From Myxococcales bacterium (GTDB lineage Bacteria; Myxococcota_A; UBA9160; SZUA-336): DNA of 64,000 nucleotides. Shown here piece after piece: positions 60,855 through 64,000 of the stretch. Below the pieces are notes generated by a model that made no database searches, was not told where the DNA came from, and was given only the letters and a program-made list of their open reading frames with translations. The stretch is from positions 111,442-175,441 of the forward strand of contig JABSQV010000023.1 of the NCBI GenBank assembly GCA_013215565.1, in the 5' to 3' direction. Position 1 is the first letter of the stretch. Each line of letters begins with the position of its first letter. The position numbers and the translations under genes were made by a program.

Positions 60855-61366
60855 ACTTGCTCCAGCGCTTCGCCAACGGCGTCGACGCCCTTTCGACCCG
60901 GATCGGGACCGCCGCTGCCTGGGTGTACCCGCTTCTCATGGCGGTCCTGATCGGGAACGTGGTGATGCGCTACGGCTTCGGGCGCGGATTCATCGAGCTC
61001 GAGGAACTGCAATGGCATCTCTTTGCCGCAGGTTTCCTGCTTGCGTTCGCCTACACCTACGCGGTCGATGAGCACGTTCGGGTCGACCTGCTGCGTGCGC
61101 GCTTCTCGGCGCGAACCCGCGCGTGGATCGAGCTTCTGGGCTGCCTGGGGCTGCTCCTTCCCTTCTGCCTGATCGTGGCCTTCGATGCCTGGGGTTTCTT
61201 CTGGAGCTCCTTCACGATCGGTGAGCGTTCAGGAAATCCAAGCGGTCTTCCCGCTCGATACCTGATCAAGGGCGTGCTCTTCGCGGCGATGGTTCTGCTG
61301 GCGCTGCAGGCACTCGGCGTGGCAGCCCGGAATCTCGCGACCCTGCGTGCGCGCGAGACGGAGTGA
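60851..61366 (+). CDS. dctQ: TRAP transporter small permease (DctQ family)
   Basis: 4-TM protein immediately after dctP; GTG 60851 overlaps the dctP stop (GTGA). Confidence 0.7.
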   Translation: MNLLQRFANGVDALSTRIGTAAAWVYPLLMAVLIGNVVMRYGFGRGFIELEELQWHLFAAGFLLAFAYTYAVDEHVRVDLLRARFSARTRAWIELLGCLGLLLPFCLIVAFDAWGFFWSSFTIGERSGNPSGLPARYLIKGVLFAAMVLLALQALGVAARNLATLRARETE

Positions 61367-61375
61367 TCGAGCGGG

Positions 61376-62737
61376 ATGGAACTCGAACTCAACCTCGTCT
61401 TTGTGTTGCTGATGTTCGCGACCTTCGTGGTGGGCCTCTTCTCAGGTTACCCGGTGGCGTGGGTGCTGGCGGGGGTCGGTCTGCTGTTTGCGGTTGCCGG
61501 GCAGGTCCTGAACGGATTCGGGGTTTACGTCGATGCGGATCTCTCCTATCTCGGGCTCGTGGTCGACCGGATCTACGGGACCATGTCGAGCTACAGCCTG
61601 GTTCCGCTGCCGCTGTTCATCTTCATGGGCCACATGCTCGACAAGAGTGGGATCGCGGTCGAGTTGTTGCGCTCGATCCAGCGCGTCCTCGGGCGGGTTC
61701 CGGGAGGGCTGGCGCTTGGCGTGACTTTTCTCGGCGTGATCCTGGCAGCCTCGACCGGAATCATCGGGGCGTCGGTCGTATTGCTGGGAACCCTGGCGCT
61801 TCCGGCCATGCTTCGAGACCGCTACCAGCCGGAACTCGCGGTCGGAACGGTGGCGTCGGCGGGTTGTCTCGGCATCTTGCTGCCGCCGAGCATCATGCTC
61901 GTGTTGATGGCCGACCGGATGCAACTCTCGGTCGGAGACCTCTTTCTGGCAGCCGTGTTCCCGGGCCTGCTACTCGCGGGGCTCTACGCGAGCTACATCG
62001 CCCTGGTCGCATTCGCGCGCCCGCACCTCGCCCCTCGGATCCCGGCGCATCTGCGTACCGCCGGGACGGACGCGCGTCCGCTCTTCAGTCTGTTCCGGGA
62101 TCTGGTTCCGCCACTCGGACTCGTGCTCGCCGTGCTCGGGTCGATCTTCTTCGGGATCGTATCCCCGTCGGAGGCGGCCGGGGTAGGTGCGTTCGGAGCC
62201 ACCCTGCTCGCACTCGCTCGGGGGCGACTCGATCTCTCCACCCTGCGCGAGGTATCTCGCAGCACGGCGCGCACCAGTTCGTTCATCTTCGCGATTTTTC
62301 TCGGGGCGACCTGTTTCTCGGTCGTGCTGCGTGGGCTCGGAGGAGACGAGGTGATCGAGGCCGCGGTGACCGGGTTGCCCTTCGGGCCAACGGGCATCGT
62401 TCTTTCGCTGATGCTGCTCGTCTTCGTGCTCGGCTTCTTCCTCGACTGGATCGAGATCACGTTGATCGTGCTTCCGCTGGTCGAGCCCATCATCGCCGCA
62501 CTGGGCGTAGACCGCCTGTGGTTCACGATGCTGATCGCGGTCTGTCTCCAGACCTCGTTCCTGACCCCCCCGGTCGGGTTTGCGCTCTTCTACCTGAAGG
62601 GTGTCGCGCCTCCCGAGATCGAGGTCGGGCACCTGTACCGCGGAATCATTCCCTTCGTGATCCTGCAGCTCGTGGGTCTCGCGGCGGTCTTCGCCTGGCC
62701 CGGGCTCGTAACCTGGCTGCCCGCGCTCGCGTACTGA
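61376..62737 (+). CDS. dctM: TRAP transporter large permease (DctM family)
   Basis: 453 aa polytopic membrane protein with a DctM pattern. Confidence 0.9.
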   Translation: MELELNLVFVLLMFATFVVGLFSGYPVAWVLAGVGLLFAVAGQVLNGFGVYVDADLSYLGLVVDRIYGTMSSYSLVPLPLFIFMGHMLDKSGIAVELLRSIQRVLGRVPGGLALGVTFLGVILAASTGIIGASVVLLGTLALPAMLRDRYQPELAVGTVASAGCLGILLPPSIMLVLMADRMQLSVGDLFLAAVFPGLLLAGLYASYIALVAFARPHLAPRIPAHLRTAGTDARPLFSLFRDLVPPLGLVLAVLGSIFFGIVSPSEAAGVGAFGATLLALARGRLDLSTLREVSRSTARTSSFIFAIFLGATCFSVVLRGLGGDEVIEAAVTGLPFGPTGIVLSLMLLVFVLGFFLDWIEITLIVLPLVEPIIAALGVDRLWFTMLIAVCLQTSFLTPPVGFALFYLKGVAPPEIEVGHLYRGIIPFVILQLVGLAAVFAWPGLVTWLPALAY

Positions 62738-62765
62738 GAGCGCCGCAGCCTCGATGGGGGCGCGG

Positions 62766-63719
62766 CTAGAGGCCCTGGCTCAGGTCCTGCTGCCAGCGGA
62801 AAAGCGCCATCGCGATCAGTACCAGCCCTTCGAGGCGCGAGAGTCGCCAGCCGCTGCGCATGAAGATCAGCAGCACCAGCGTCATCGCGCCCATGTAGTA
62901 GAGACTGGGTGAGGTCATCTCGGGCGTCGAGATCTCGAGCGGGTGGACGATGGCGGTCAGCCCGAGTACGCCGAGTACATTGAACAGGTCGCTCCCGATT
63001 AGGTTCCCGATTACGATGCCGGGTCGATTCTTGAGGATCGCGGCCACGCAGACCGCGAGTTCAGGCAGCGACGTGCCCATCGCCACGAGCGTGACCCCGA
63101 TCGCCCACTCGTCGATGCCGAAGTCGTGTGCCATCTGGACAGCGGCCCGCACAAGGAGCCATGAACCGCCCACCACGCCGGCCAGGCCAATCAGGAAGAG
63201 GGGGAGGTCCCGCCAGGTGGCGCTTCCGAACCGCGCATCGTCGGGAAGTTCGTCCGGCGCCTGCTTCCGCTTGAGCAGGTAGACGAGATAGGCGATCAGC
63301 AGTCCGAGCATCAGCAGACCATCGGGACGCGTGAGACCGAAGTCGAATTGCAGCAGCGAGATCAGCAGCAGGCCCGCTCCGAGCAGCATCGATGTGTCGC
63401 GGTAGACCAGCGTGTGACTGGTCGGCAACGCGCGCACCAGCGCGCAGCCGCCCAGGATGATGCCGATGTTGAAGATGTTCGAGCCGACCACGTTCGAGAC
63501 CGAGATGTCGTCGTAGTCGCCGAGGGCGGCGGTCAGGGTGACCATCATTTCGGGCGCCGAGGTCCCGATCGCCACGATCGTCATGCCGATCACGAGGTCC
63601 GAGATCCCGAAACGGCTCGCGGTGCGCGCGGCCGAGGTCACGACCCAGTCCGCGCCCTTCCACAGCAGCCCGACCGCGATCGCGAAGCTGGCGAGGTCGG
63701 CGAGGGTGTCCTGCGTCAC
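62766..63719 (-). CDS. calcium/sodium antiporter (CaCA family, YrbG-like)
   Basis: Two alpha-repeats, ...GTSAPEM... and ...GTSLPEL.... GTG 63719 overlaps the purE stop. Confidence 0.85.
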   Translation of the reverse strand: MTQDTLADLASFAIAVGLLWKGADWVVTSAARTASRFGISDLVIGMTIVAIGTSAPEMMVTLTAALGDYDDISVSNVVGSNIFNIGIILGGCALVRALPTSHTLVYRDTSMLLGAGLLLISLLQFDFGLTRPDGLLMLGLLIAYLVYLLKRKQAPDELPDDARFGSATWRDLPLFLIGLAGVVGGSWLLVRAAVQMAHDFGIDEWAIGVTLVAMGTSLPELAVCVAAILKNRPGIVIGNLIGSDLFNVLGVLGLTAIVHPLEISTPEMTSPSLYYMGAMTLVLLIFMRSGWRLSRLEGLVLIAMALFRWQQDLSQGL

Positions 63720-64000
63720 CCGCTCTTCGGCCGGGACTTGCGCGCCCTGAGCCGCCGCTGGATCTCGTCCTCGATCCGCTCCGGCCGGTAGCGCTCTCGG
63801 TCGTGTTCGGCAATTTCCCGGAGGCGCTCGCGAAGCTCCGGGTGGGCGGCGCCGAGAATCCTGCCAGCGAGCAGGGCCGCGTTCCGGGCCCCGTCGATGG
63901 CGACGCTCGCGACCGGCGTTCCGCGCGGCATCTGCAGCGTCGATAGCGCGGCGTCGATTCCGCCGAGGGCCCCGGCCGAGACCGGGACGCCGATCACGGG
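63716..64000 (-). CDS. purE: 5-(carboxyamino)imidazole ribonucleotide mutase, C-terminal part (gene continues beyond the window edge)
   Basis: ...[45 protein letters not shown].... Confidence 0.8.
   Translation of the reverse strand, partial: PVIGVPVSAGALGGIDAALSTLQMPRGTPVASVAIDGARNAALLAGRILGAAHPELRERLREIAEHDRERYRPERIEDEIQRRLRARKSRPKSG

Overview
This is a gene-dense chromosomal segment of about 70% GC from a diderm bacterium. A complete Tol-Pal envelope cluster and a Pal lipoprotein indicate a diderm; taxonomy cannot be fixed from sequence alone. High GC produces many long spurious antisense ORFs in the six-frame track; I kept only ORFs with recognisable protein-family signatures. Housekeeping content by coordinate: gliding-type ABC auxiliary genes (GldF/GldG-like, DUF4340), suhB, tatD, metG and holB at 0-7.4 kb; bactofilin, a fused MoaD-MoaE (MoaX-like) and moaB at 7.5-9.3 kb; an RpoH-like sigma factor with a lysine/proline-rich N-terminal repeat, a c-type cytochrome and pepA at 10.6-13.8 kb; the complete tolQ-tolR-tolA-tolB-pal-cpoB cluster plus dksA, tsaD and ksgA at 13.9-20.6 kb; panBCD, a DUF502 protein, smpB, a lipoprotein HExxH peptidase, a DedA-like protein and rlmI at 20.9-27.3 kb; a one-piece tmRNA (ssrA) at 27.35-27.7 kb. 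Downstream of ssrA the content turns accessory: TauD, LLM and SDR genes, then a tandem pair of about 4.8 kb modules (30.5-40.4 kb). Each module encodes a giant (~1200 aa) multicopper-oxidase-like secreted protein, translationally coupled to a Sco1/SenC-cytochrome c fusion and preceded by a strikingly AT-rich patch. The remaining 24 kb is a catabolic island (sulfatase, hydrolases, a PTP, an enoyl-CoA hydratase and L-fuconate-type dehydratase/AKR/lactonase/CoA-transferase/SDR), then dus, a selenoprotein selD (in-frame UGA with a downstream SECIS-like hairpin; the ORF track shows only a truncated ORF), a serine hydrolase, a TRAP transporter (dctPQM), a Ca2+/Na+ antiporter and the 3' end of purE. 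No CRISPR array, transposase or integrase was seen.
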